The notes under the pieces were generated by a model. It was not told the DNA's origin, searched no databases, and worked only from the letters and a program-made list of their open reading frames with translations. 64,000 nucleotides of DNA from a virus. Shown one piece after another: positions 55,627 to 64,000 of this stretch. Location of the stretch: IMG/VR virus record IMGVR_UViG_3300037042_004723, positions 96,001 through 160,000 of that record. One strand, given 5' to 3'. The translations under genes were made by a program, and so were the position numbers. Position 1 is the first letter of the stretch; each line of letters opens with the position of its first letter.

Positions 55627-57108
55627 ATGGAAGCGAGACAGCTAATGTTGACTGAGTCCAAGCGGTCCATCGCCGACAAGGGGTTTATCCAATCCCTTAT
55701 CGGTAAGTGGGGCGAGCTGCTTGAGGGGATCGAAAATCCCTACACTCGTGGTGTCACTGCGATGCTCATGGAAAATGAGTCGCAGTGGCTTCAGAACCTG
55801 GAAGAGGAGACCAAGACGATCAACGTCGGTTCCTTTACCAAGTTCATCTTTCCGGTTCTCCGGAGGGTGTTCCCGAACCTGATTGCCAACGAGATTGTGT
55901 CGGTTCAGCCGATGACAGCCCCGATTGGCGCAGTTTTCTTCTTCGACTACAAGTACGGGTCCAACAAGGGCTCGACTCAGGCTGGCGCGGTGTTCCCGCG
56001 CGACTTCGACAGGGACTACTCTTCGGAGTTCGTCCGTGACGAGCAGCTTGCGGTTGGTGACGGCGCCTCCTTTGGCGGTGTTGGTGCGGCGCTTGCGGCG
56101 GTCATGTCGTGGACCCCGGTTCGCCCGTTGAACGCAGCCCTGGGCTTCTCGGTCCAGATCATCGAAGTCAATGCGGCCACTGGCACGGTCATTCAGACCG
56201 GTACGGACAACGGCACTGGTGGCTTCACCGGCGCGGTTACCGCTGGCGCCATCAACTACGGCTCGGGCGCGGTTACCGCGTTTAAGTTCACGGTTGCTCC
56301 GCTGATCACCAGCAAGATCGTCGCTCGTTACTTCTATGACGGCGAGCTGAACACCAAGATTCCCCAGGTCAACCTGGACATCACCAAGCAGCCCATCGAA
56401 GCGATTCCGCGTCGCCTCAAGGCTCTTTGGTCGTCTGAGGCGGCCGAGGATCTCCGTGCATTCCACGGCCTCGATGCGGAGACCGAGCTGGTTTCCGGTA
56501 TCGCTCAGGAGATCGCTCTTGAGATCGACCGTGAGATCATCAACGACCTGTTCGTGACCTCGGCGTCGGGTCGTACTGACACCTTCTCGCTTACGCCGCC
56601 CGCCGGCATCAGCGAGATCGACCACCTTCGGTCGATGATCACGAAGATCAGCTCGATCTCGAACTTCATCCACAAGGACACTCTCCGGGCTCCGGCGAAC
56701 TTCCTTGTGACGTCGCCCGAGATCTCGGCTCGTCTGTCGCAGCTGACCACGCACGGCGACTTCCGGCCCCTTTGGGTGTCGGGTGGCGCGAGCCCGTACG
56801 GCCCGGCTGATATGCCGCGCCCGCTGACTCAGCATGGCCAGTTCGGTATCTACAAGGTCGGCACCCTGATGAACAAGTGGGTCGTCTATGAGGATCCCTT
56901 CTTCGACAGCGACAAGATGCTCATCGGCCTCAAGGGCGCGAGCTTCCTGGATGCCGGCTACGTGTGGGCGCCGTACATCCCGCTGCAGGTCACCCCGACG
57001 TTCCTCGATCCGGCTGACTTCTCGTTCCGTAAGGGCCTGAGGACCCGCTACGGAAAGAAGGTCCTTAGATCCGAATATTACGGTAGGATCACCTTCACTG
57101 GCCTGTAA
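55627..57108 (+). CDS. Major capsid protein (T4 gp23-like)
   Basis: LIANEIVSVQPMTAPIG..F, R.LKALWS.EAAEDLRA.HGLDAE.EL, EIDREII, YAPYIPL-like VWAPYIPL, GL.TRY. Confidence 0.95.
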   Translation: MEARQLMLTESKRSIADKGFIQSLIGKWGELLEGIENPYTRGVTAMLMENESQWLQNLEEETKTINVGSFTKFIFPVLRRVFPNLIANEIVSVQPMTAPIGAVFFFDYKYGSNKGSTQAGAVFPRDFDRDYSSEFVRDEQLAVGDGASFGGVGAALAAVMSWTPVRPLNAALGFSVQIIEVNAATGTVIQTGTDNGTGGFTGAVTAGAINYGSGAVTAFKFTVAPLITSKIVARYFYDGELNTKIPQVNLDITKQPIEAIPRRLKALWSSEAAEDLRAFHGLDAETELVSGIAQEIALEIDREIINDLFVTSASGRTDTFSLTPPAGISEIDHLRSMITKISSISNFIHKDTLRAPANFLVTSPEISARLSQLTTHGDFRPLWVSGGASPYGPADMPRPLTQHGQFGIYKVGTLMNKWVVYEDPFFDSDKMLIGLKGASFLDAGYVWAPYIPLQVTPTFLDPADFSFRKGLRTRYGKKVLRSEYYGRITFTGL

Positions 57109-57133
57109 TAGGTCAATAAAGTGAAGTAGATAC

Positions 57134-57168
57134 GAGGCTCCGAGCGAAAGCTCGGAGCCTCTTTTTTA
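57134..57168 (+). terminator. Intrinsic terminator after the capsid gene
   Basis: GAGGCTCCGAGC-GAAA-GCTCGGAGCCTC-TTTTTT. Confidence 0.92.
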
Positions 57169-57206
57169 TCTTGATTGTCTAGATCTATAGTAAGATACTA
57201 TGGCTC

Positions 57207-58067
57207 ATGACCAAGGATGTTAAGTTTGATCTTCTGGATGGATGGTCACAGGAGAAGGCTTGGTGGTTGGGAGCTACTTACGGTGACGGCAATATCTATG
57301 GACGAAGCGACAAAGGGGCATACCGGGTTTCCATTGTTTGCAATCTCAGCACAGTTCAGCAATGGACGGCCCTGATCTGCCCAGACGCCGGTATTGAGCA
57401 GAGGACGCCAAATGCCTGGGAGGGTTATATCTACTCAAAGCGCCTGGTTGAGTGGTTTGCTGCCCGTGATCTGGTAGGCAAGAAATCGCATCGACTGGTG
57501 TGGCCAGAAGATCTTCCGGCTCAGTTCTATCCAGACTTCTTGCGTGGCCTTTGGGACACAGACGGAAGCGTCAAGATCGAGAAGCGGCGCCTTAAGCAAG
57601 GCAACGACACTCTGCGAGCCATGTTTTGCGCTCAGAACGAGAGCTTCGCGCAGCGAGTTCAGGATGAGGTTGTTGCTGGGTCGAAGGTCCAGCCTGGGAA
57701 GTTGATTCGTCAGGAGAAGATCTTGTCCGGCAAGTCCCATAGCTGGAGCACCTTCAAGCATACCGGCGCCCCAGCCGTCCTGGTCTGCGACTACCTCTAC
57801 GGCGATGCGCCGGCTCACATCCGTGGCGAGAGCCGGTATCAGGTCTATCGGGACTACGTTGATTCGCGTCCAGAAGGCTCATGCCGATGTGGTGGCGAGG
57901 CCTGGACTGAGGCAATGTGTCGCACCTGTTGGTGGACCAAGCGTCGGGTCGACACTCCTAAGAAGATTTGCCAATGCGGGCGCGATGTTGTCGCTAAGGG
58001 CATGTGCCTGAACTGCTATAAGCGAGCGGCGCGCAAGCATGATAGTGTCATCACGTCTGGTTCTTGA
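57207..58067 (+). CDS. Free-standing LAGLIDADG homing endonuclease with C-terminal Cys-rich fingers
   Basis: WLGATYGDGN and FLRGLWDTDGS; two C.C...G.C..C repeats. Confidence 0.88.
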   Translation: MTKDVKFDLLDGWSQEKAWWLGATYGDGNIYGRSDKGAYRVSIVCNLSTVQQWTALICPDAGIEQRTPNAWEGYIYSKRLVEWFAARDLVGKKSHRLVWPEDLPAQFYPDFLRGLWDTDGSVKIEKRRLKQGNDTLRAMFCAQNESFAQRVQDEVVAGSKVQPGKLIRQEKILSGKSHSWSTFKHTGAPAVLVCDYLYGDAPAHIRGESRYQVYRDYVDSRPEGSCRCGGEAWTEAMCRTCWWTKRRVDTPKKICQCGRDVVAKGMCLNCYKRAARKHDSVITSGS

Positions 58068-58137
58068 TACCAAGGATATGCTGAACGCTTTCCTTTGGAT
58101 AATTTGCAATGTCAAACAGTTACCCAAGGAGATGATG

Positions 58138-58407
58138 ATGTCCGCTTCCCCTGATGCGCTTGCTGAGATTCAGATGTTTGGCCTGGACGACAGCGAGCAC
58201 GTGGGTCCGAGTGCCCCAGCTAAGCGAAACGGCATCAATAGTGAGCAGGATGACATCGAAAACGACCGTCGGGCGATTCTTGAGATCTCCAGGATGGCTG
58301 ATCGAATGAGTTCTCTGCTACAAGAGACTCGCAACATAAATGTGGAGACAGACGAACGTCTTCGCAGACTTGAAGCGGATCTCAGTCTAATCGCCTCGGA
58401 GAAATGA
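58138..58407 (+). CDS. Small coiled-coil hypothetical protein
   Basis: AAGGAG RBS before the ATG run. Confidence 0.65.
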   Translation: MSASPDALAEIQMFGLDDSEHVGPSAPAKRNGINSEQDDIENDRRAILEISRMADRMSSLLQETRNINVETDERLRRLEADLSLIASEK

Positions 58408-58739
58408 TCATGGCTAAGTATCAGAAGGTAGAGAACTGCGGTCCCGTCCCGTATCCAGATCAGTCTGGCAAGCTTCTCGTTGCAGGGGAGACTGCCGAGG
58501 GCGACGAGTGGGAGCCTCTGGTTGCTCTTGGATTCGTAGTCAAGGTTGCCGAGGTCGCTGCGGCGCCGGTCAAGGTTGCTCCACCCAAGGAGGAACCGAA
58601 GGCTGCTATCCTCAAAGAAGAGCCTGAGGGGGTAATCGATGTCGTGCCGACTAATGACGGAACCACAGCTGAAGGCGTGGCAGAGAAGGCTGAGCCGGCA
58701 TTCAATAGGGAACGCGGATCAGGCAGAAAAAACAAGTAA
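58404..58739 (+). CDS. Hypothetical protein
   Basis: 111 aa; coupled start. Confidence 0.7.
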   Translation: MIMAKYQKVENCGPVPYPDQSGKLLVAGETAEGDEWEPLVALGFVVKVAEVAAAPVKVAPPKEEPKAAILKEEPEGVIDVVPTNDGTTAEGVAEKAEPAFNRERGSGRKNK

Positions 58740-58790
58740 GATCATCGGGTCAGGCCGACGATCTTACGTTGATGCCTGCAATGATCATCG

Positions 58791-59753
58791 TTGACACCGA
58801 CGGATTGTCCGAGGTCGAGCGGCATCGTGGCGCAGCCTAAAGCAAGAGAACAATGGGCCCCTGACTGCGGGCGCTCTCCTGACATCGCTCTTCGCGATTG
58901 CAGCGAGTGTCTCAAGGCTCGCCCATCGTCTGAATTCAAGCGCAAAAGTGCCAAGTGTCGAGATTGTCGTAATGCGTATAAGCGAAAGCATTACAAAAAA
59001 CACGCTGCCAAGCACAGCGATCAGGTTAAGCAGTACAGAAAAGACAACCCAGACAAGGTTCAGTCTGTTCGCATTGCATACAAGGAAGCCAAAAACAGGC
59101 TAGCTCGCGAGAAATACAGAAAGACCACCGAGCTTCTCAATGGCATAAAGAGTTCTCCATGCGCAGACTGCGGAGGTGAGTTCCCTCCGGAATGCATGGA
59201 CTTTGATCACGTTAATGGGATCAAGATCGACTGCGTGGGCAGCCTAAAGCTCAATCCCGGCAAGATGTTAGAGGAGATATCTAAAACCGAGCTTGTATGT
59301 GCATGCTGCCATAGGATTCGAACCAAAAGCAGGCGGCCGGAGAAGCCTTTGCTGGCTGTTGCTCAATCTGATTCGAAGCCGCAAGATCCTGATGACGATG
59401 ACAAAAGTAAGGCCTGGTTTCGGGATTACTACATACGGAACAAGGATCGGCTGCTCAAGCTCGGCAGAGATCGCCGGATGGCGAACAAAGCTTTTATAGA
59501 TGAAAAAAAGGCGTCGCCTTGTGCCGATTGCGGCAAGACGTTCCCTCCCGTGTGCATGGATTTTGATCACGTTAGAGGAGAAAAGATTAATGATATAAGT
59601 CAGATGACGTCCAATAGAATCGATCTAATCAGAGAAGAGATCGATAAAACGGAAGTTGTCTGCGCCTGCTGTCACAGGACAAGGACATCCAAAAGAGGCT
59701 ACAACGCCGTAGGCTTACAGGAAGTGGTGGCCAGTGCCGAAGTTAATGAATGA
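58791..59753 (+). CDS. Protein with two tandem zinc-finger HNH-like domains
   Basis: CADCG..FPP.CMDFDHV.G.K...EEI.KTE.VCACCHR.RT twice; start uncertain. Confidence 0.8.
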   Translation: MTPTDCPRSSGIVAQPKAREQWAPDCGRSPDIALRDCSECLKARPSSEFKRKSAKCRDCRNAYKRKHYKKHAAKHSDQVKQYRKDNPDKVQSVRIAYKEAKNRLAREKYRKTTELLNGIKSSPCADCGGEFPPECMDFDHVNGIKIDCVGSLKLNPGKMLEEISKTELVCACCHRIRTKSRRPEKPLLAVAQSDSKPQDPDDDDKSKAWFRDYYIRNKDRLLKLGRDRRMANKAFIDEKKASPCADCGKTFPPVCMDFDHVRGEKINDISQMTSNRIDLIREEIDKTEVVCACCHRTRTSKRGYNAVGLQEVVASAEVNE

Positions 59754-60465
59754 AAGCGAGCTTCGTCATTGGATCCTCCGAAGATTGGGGAGTCCAGTGA
59801 CGAAGGTCTGTCTGGACGCACTGCAACTAGACGACGCCGTTGAAGAGGCGATTCGCTGGTTCGCAGCGAAGAAGGGCGTAGACAAGGACGTCACCATTGA
59901 CTTGTTTGCCGGGCAGGTGGAGTACCGCATGCCCGACGATTGCGACATGGTCTTGGATGTCGCGTTCCAGGTGAGTCCGCTTGATATCTCTCTGATTTTT
60001 GCGCCTTACAACGTCGCGCAAGACTCAAAGGTACCGTACAGCGCCTTTACGGCTGGAGCTTCAGGTGGGCTCTATAGTTCGCTTTTGCAGTCTCTGCAGT
60101 ACGTGGAGATGGCCAAGAGGATGATCAATGCCGAGAGGAACTGGATCTATTTTCAACACAAGAACATTCTCCTGCTGTTGCCTGATCCAAAGGGCGGCGG
60201 CAAGGTGTTCATCGAGTACAAGAGCTGCGAGAGCACGCTGGAGCAGCTCCCTGAGAGAGATCACCAGCTGGTTCGTCGCTATGCCTTGGCGTGGGCCAAG
60301 CAGGACCTTGGGATGATCTACTCGAAGTACAGCACCTGGCCGACTGCACAGGGCAACGTGTCGCTCAACGGCGATCAGCTCATGTCTCAGGCGAAGGCCG
60401 AGATGGACAAGCTGGAGGATGAGATCTACGAGAGCGCCAAGCCGATGGCGTTCTTTACCCAGTGA
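59746..60465 (+). CDS. Neck / head-tail adaptor protein (T4 gp13-like)
   Basis: ILRRLG.PV....LD..QLDDA.EEA...F; YALA..K..LG....KY...P...G.V.LNG. Confidence 0.8.
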   Translation: MNESELRHWILRRLGSPVTKVCLDALQLDDAVEEAIRWFAAKKGVDKDVTIDLFAGQVEYRMPDDCDMVLDVAFQVSPLDISLIFAPYNVAQDSKVPYSAFTAGASGGLYSSLLQSLQYVEMAKRMINAERNWIYFQHKNILLLLPDPKGGGKVFIEYKSCESTLEQLPERDHQLVRRYALAWAKQDLGMIYSKYSTWPTAQGNVSLNGDQLMSQAKAEMDKLEDEIYESAKPMAFFTQ

Positions 60466-60513
60466 TTCCCATGCTTGTAGCATTTCGCATAGTTGTGATA
60501 TCAAGGCTTTCCC

Positions 60514-61032
60514 ATGGGTAAGGTCCTTGACGGCAGCGAGCTTGCGCTGTTTGACTGTATCAATCAGGACATGATTGAGCTGACGGGCGAGGAGATCAAC
60601 TATTACTCCTACGATCAGTCAAGCATCCAGAACCGGTCGAGGGTAGATCCTCTCTACGGAGAGACGACCAGCCGAGTCTTTGGTAACGGCGCCGGCACCG
60701 GTGCCGCCAGGATTATGGCCCTGGTCAAATACCCAGAGTACGACCCAATGTCCGAGGAGTCGGGATTCTCTCGTGAATGGGACGCTACCGTCACGATCAG
60801 TCGATCAATCCTCGACGAGAAACATCTCCCATATCCCAGCGAGGCAGACGTCATTGAGATGTGGCGAACGCCGTATCATGACGCTTGGTCGATGGGTAAG
60901 GGGCTTTACTTTGATGTTCTCAAATCGAAGCCGGATGGCTACCTGAATGATTCGCCATCATTTACGCAGTTTATACTTACGGTCAAGAGAAGGTCTCAGT
61001 TCGGCGCCGAGCGGAGAATCACCCAGCCGTAG
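60514..61032 (+). CDS. Neck / head-completion protein (T4 gp14-like)
   Basis: Follows the gp13-like gene; E.IE..G..I.YY...DPLYGE...F pattern. Confidence 0.65.
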   Translation: MGKVLDGSELALFDCINQDMIELTGEEINYYSYDQSSIQNRSRVDPLYGETTSRVFGNGAGTGAARIMALVKYPEYDPMSEESGFSREWDATVTISRSILDEKHLPYPSEADVIEMWRTPYHDAWSMGKGLYFDVLKSKPDGYLNDSPSFTQFILTVKRRSQFGAERRITQP

Positions 61033-61048
61033 TCTTCAGGAGATTATT

Positions 61049-63493
61049 ATGCCCGGACATCACACGAAAAAAGAGAAGCGCCAAGCCCGACATATCGTTG
61101 CTGGCTATGAGAGGCGTGGCGCTCCCAAGAAGAAGGCCACGAGCATTGCCTGGGCAACGGTAACCAAGCAACAGAACGAGTCTTGGATGTTCAATGGAGC
61201 CGGGCAGCCGGTGTTCATGGGCAACCAGGGCAACGTGAGCCAGTTCAACCCAGGCGGGTCGGTGTCTCCTGGTCAGAGCTACATTCCTGACGAGGTTGCC
61301 AAGATGCTCGTCAAGGAAAGCGGCCTCCGCAAGATGGATACGGTCTCCAAGAGGGTCATCGAGGGGTACCTGGAGTCCATGCGGCTATCCAAGGGGCTGG
61401 CGGTCGATGTGGCCAAGGTGCTGCGTGACGTCTACGGGATCACGCCGACGTTCGACGAGTCGACGCTCTATGCTCGGTCCGGGGCGCTCATCGAGGAGCT
61501 GACCGGCGTGGTCAGCGAGAGCTTCCCGATGCCGTTCGCTGTCGACGACGAGCCCAAGCAGCTAACGGAGGCGGATGTCTTCGCGCTCGCTATCCAGAGC
61601 GAGTTCATGAAGTCGACCGACGAGAACTACGATCTGGTTCTCGGTCATCTGGCTGCGATGTCCCCACGGGACCTCCGCGACGTAGCGAATTTCTATGAAT
61701 GGGTCGGGCCCGAGGTTTTCGATTACATCGAGTCGATTGCCGTCAGTGGTCCAGATGGGGCTGCCGAGTACATTGTTGAGGGATTGTGCTGGCCTCATCG
61801 CGTTCAGTTCATGCCTGAGCACATCCAGGCATTGTTCGATGCGGAGATGGTTGAGGACAATGCTGAGGCCATTCGCAATAAGGCGATAGCCACGATGCAT
61901 GGCATTACGCCTGAGAAGCATGATGCCTTTAAGGTGAAGGCTGCTCCAAGTCCGGAGCATAAGGCGTTTGGGGCGAAGGTTAAGGCTGATTGGGCCAAGG
62001 GCGATCAGCAGGCCAAGCAGAAGGCCGGTAGGGCCGATAAGGAGCTTGGCAAGGACCTTCGCGGCGCCCAGAAAAGGGCGAAGGCGGCGGCAGATGCACC
62101 GACAGCAAATGTGCGGAGGCGGATGGCAGACCGCTGGCAAGATAAGACAGCGCCGGACAAGCTGACGCCACATCAGAAGATCGCGGCGCTTAGGAAATCA
62201 CGCGGAGACAGCGAAAAGGCCGCCGAGAGTCCTAGCCGCACGGCCGCCGAGAGTCCTAGCCGCATGAAGCGGGCCGGCGGCAAGGCCGTTGAGCTGATGA
62301 AGAAGGTTGGTGGCGGTCTCGTTACGACTGCCGCGCACGTCGCTCATCATGCCATGGACATCGCTGGCGCAGGAGCTTTTGGCTTCAAGAAGGGATACAA
62401 CCGTTTCAACAAGGATGTTGATGCGAAGGTTGCCAATATCCACGCCCATGGATCAACCAAAGATCCGGAGCCTGGGTCCGAGGGCTATGCCGAGAAGCAA
62501 AGGCAGGCTAAGGCCAGGGAAGCCTCCGCCGGAGAGCGCAAGCCTGGACTGATCAGTCGAGCCCTTAGTCACGTCGGGAAATTTATCTCGAACAGATACA
62601 AGGAAGCTCAGCAAAGGATCAAAGATTCCACGCCAGGCCATCAGGCGTCCAAGGCTAACGCAGGTGAGCCTGCCCCCATCAAGGGACCCGATGATCCGCC
62701 TGCGAAGCAGCGGGTCGCCAATTCTGGGGTTGGCGCCAGCGAGTCGGTGCTCAGGAGCGGTTCACTTCTGAATGAGGTGGAGGCCGCTTTCATGGGGGTT
62801 CAGCCGGAAGAAGATCCGGAAGACCCTGAGCTAACTCCAGCCGACGTCGTCAATGAACTCGATGCCACGACCATCGTCGATATGGCTGCACTTGAGGCCA
62901 TTGGCGAGATGGACTGGAACGGCGTCGCCGGGATCGCCGGATTCATGATGCTCGAACCGGAGAGGTTCCTGGGGCTTATCCAGTCCTTCAAGGAGAGCAC
63001 CAGCGCATTCAGGGCCGAGTGGAGCGGCCTCGTGGAGAGTGGCAGCAAGCCGAGATGGATGAACGTCGGTTCCTTTGTTGCGCTGGCCAACCTATCCGTG
63101 GATGAGGGCGTCATTCCGCGACTGGTGTATTGGGCTGCCAGGACGCTTCAGGGCGCCGACGAGAGAGTCTCGTCTTACGTGTCCGAGGCATACCCGGAGC
63201 TTGGGAAGACGGTCTACGGACCGGCAGGAGACCCCAAAGAGGGTCCTCGGATGGCCAAGTCGTTCATGACGCCTCATCCGGCCGGGACGATGAAGCCAAC
63301 GGATGGCGATTGCACGACCAGAATGTTCTCTGACCCGGATGATCGGGAAAAGGAGCGCAAGTCTAAGCTGGCTGACGTCATGACCGCCCTGGATGGCATG
63401 CGTAAGCAGGCTGCTGCTGCCGGAGTCCCGCCCGAGGGCATGTTTCTGAATCTGTATACATCCCTTCATACACAGAAGATCAGATACAGCTGA
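61049..63493 (+). CDS. Large multi-domain protein, likely head-associated
   Basis: 814 aa; CAGGAG RBS; alternating acidic and basic low-complexity blocks; N-terminal RQARHI..GYE.RG....A..IAWATV.K motif. Confidence 0.75.
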   Translation: MPGHHTKKEKRQARHIVAGYERRGAPKKKATSIAWATVTKQQNESWMFNGAGQPVFMGNQGNVSQFNPGGSVSPGQSYIPDEVAKMLVKESGLRKMDTVSKRVIEGYLESMRLSKGLAVDVAKVLRDVYGITPTFDESTLYARSGALIEELTGVVSESFPMPFAVDDEPKQLTEADVFALAIQSEFMKSTDENYDLVLGHLAAMSPRDLRDVANFYEWVGPEVFDYIESIAVSGPDGAAEYIVEGLCWPHRVQFMPEHIQALFDAEMVEDNAEAIRNKAIATMHGITPEKHDAFKVKAAPSPEHKAFGAKVKADWAKGDQQAKQKAGRADKELGKDLRGAQKRAKAAADAPTANVRRRMADRWQDKTAPDKLTPHQKIAALRKSRGDSEKAAESPSRTAAESPSRMKRAGGKAVELMKKVGGGLVTTAAHVAHHAMDIAGAGAFGFKKGYNRFNKDVDAKVANIHAHGSTKDPEPGSEGYAEKQRQAKAREASAGERKPGLISRALSHVGKFISNRYKEAQQRIKDSTPGHQASKANAGEPAPIKGPDDPPAKQRVANSGVGASESVLRSGSLLNEVEAAFMGVQPEEDPEDPELTPADVVNELDATTIVDMAALEAIGEMDWNGVAGIAGFMMLEPERFLGLIQSFKESTSAFRAEWSGLVESGSKPRWMNVGSFVALANLSVDEGVIPRLVYWAARTLQGADERVSSYVSEAYPELGKTVYGPAGDPKEGPRMAKSFMTPHPAGTMKPTDGDCTTRMFSDPDDREKERKSKLADVMTALDGMRKQAAAAGVPPEGMFLNLYTSLHTQKIRYS

Positions 63494-63690
63494 TGCCCTA
63501 CGCAGATCCTGAAAAACAAAAAGCGCACAACAAGGCGTATCAGGAAATAAATCGTAAGAAAATCAGCGATCACAAAGTCGGCTTAATTCGTGGACTTCTG
63601 TGTGACAAGTGCAATCTAGGGCTTGGCATGTTCATGGATGATTCAAATTCTATTCATCGGGCTTTGTTGTATATAAGAGAGCACAGCTAA
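63493..63690 (+). pseudogene. Endonuclease VII remnant (internally deleted)
   Basis: DH...IRGLLCDKCNLGLGMF.DD...RAL.YI present; the N-terminal CxxC is missing. Confidence 0.7.
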
Positions 63691-64000
63691 TGCCGATGGA
63701 TGCAGTCAAGATAGCTGCCGCTGTGTCTGGCGGGCTCTCGATCGTTTGCGCCACTTGTGAAAAGTACTGGGAGGCCAGGGACAGGAATGTTCCTGACGAT
63801 CTGTGCTTGGCCGTTGACGGCTGTGGATCGCCGATAGCTGGCGATGTGTTTCACGAATATCGTGGGCCCATGACGCAGTTCGATAGCTTTTGCTTCGTCT
63901 GCGGAAACAGGGCGACGCACGCGGTCAGGGTAGATGGCAATGTTCGTGTGATTGGCGTTTGCGCTGGGCACATGGAGTTGGTCAAGACGTTGAAGCCGGA
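63690..64000 (+). CDS. Cys-rich hypothetical protein (runs off the window end)
   Basis: Not in track: MPMDAVKIAAAVSGGLSIVCATCEKYW...FCFVCG...GVCAGH; TAATG coupling. Confidence 0.7.
   Translation, partial: MPMDAVKIAAAVSGGLSIVCATCEKYWEARDRNVPDDLCLAVDGCGSPIAGDVFHEYRGPMTQFDSFCFVCGNRATHAVRVDGNVRVIGVCAGHMELVKTLKP

Noticed and set aside
9337-61049. Upstream-extended starts in the track (9337, 10919, 14934, 18950, 21354, 30344, 53995, 60947)
   Set aside because: They run through promoters, terminators or upstream genes; downstream starts with RBS or coupling were used.
62218-62264. 23-nt tandem duplication as a mobile or CRISPR-like repeat
   Set aside because: Only two in-frame copies (AAESPSR) with a 1-nt gap; ordinary coding slippage.

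Overview
This window is 64 kb of a large, GC-rich tailed-phage genome with standard genetic code and almost all genes on the + strand. The host is probably a myxobacterium (Myxococcota), inferred from a MXAN_4361-like small protein and deltaproteobacterial-type IHF genes. In order: (1) 1-2.2 kb, a minus-strand cluster of six tRNA or tRNA-like genes and a ~250-nt structured RNA candidate, interleaved with small + strand genes; three of the tRNAs are chimeras whose 3' end switches at the T-loop. (2) 2.3-9.8 kb, accessory genes: IHF alpha/beta pair, GHKL ATPase, RlpA-like protein, dual-specificity phosphatase. (3) 9.8-30 kb, replication and recombination: HTH initiator with an internal iteron origin, DnaC-like loader, DnaB, primase, two SSB-like proteins, RecA, two resolvase-like nucleases, a Cas4-like nuclease, and a motif-dead SF2 helicase and motif-dead Dam. 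(4) 30.4-38.8 kb, an operon with an intein-containing Myb/zinc-finger regulator, a ParB-like protein and three repeats of small gene + PI3K/HipA-like kinase fold (one intact, two pseudokinases). (5) 38.9-64 kb, a T4-like packaging and head module: TerS, TerL, portal, poly-Asp protein, prohead protease, major capsid protein, neck proteins, plus free-standing homing endonucleases. Eight inteins (8961 nt, 14% of the window) sit in five genes. No CRISPR array, integrase, reverse transcriptase or DNA polymerase is visible. All family assignments are motif recognition by eye; no database search was run.
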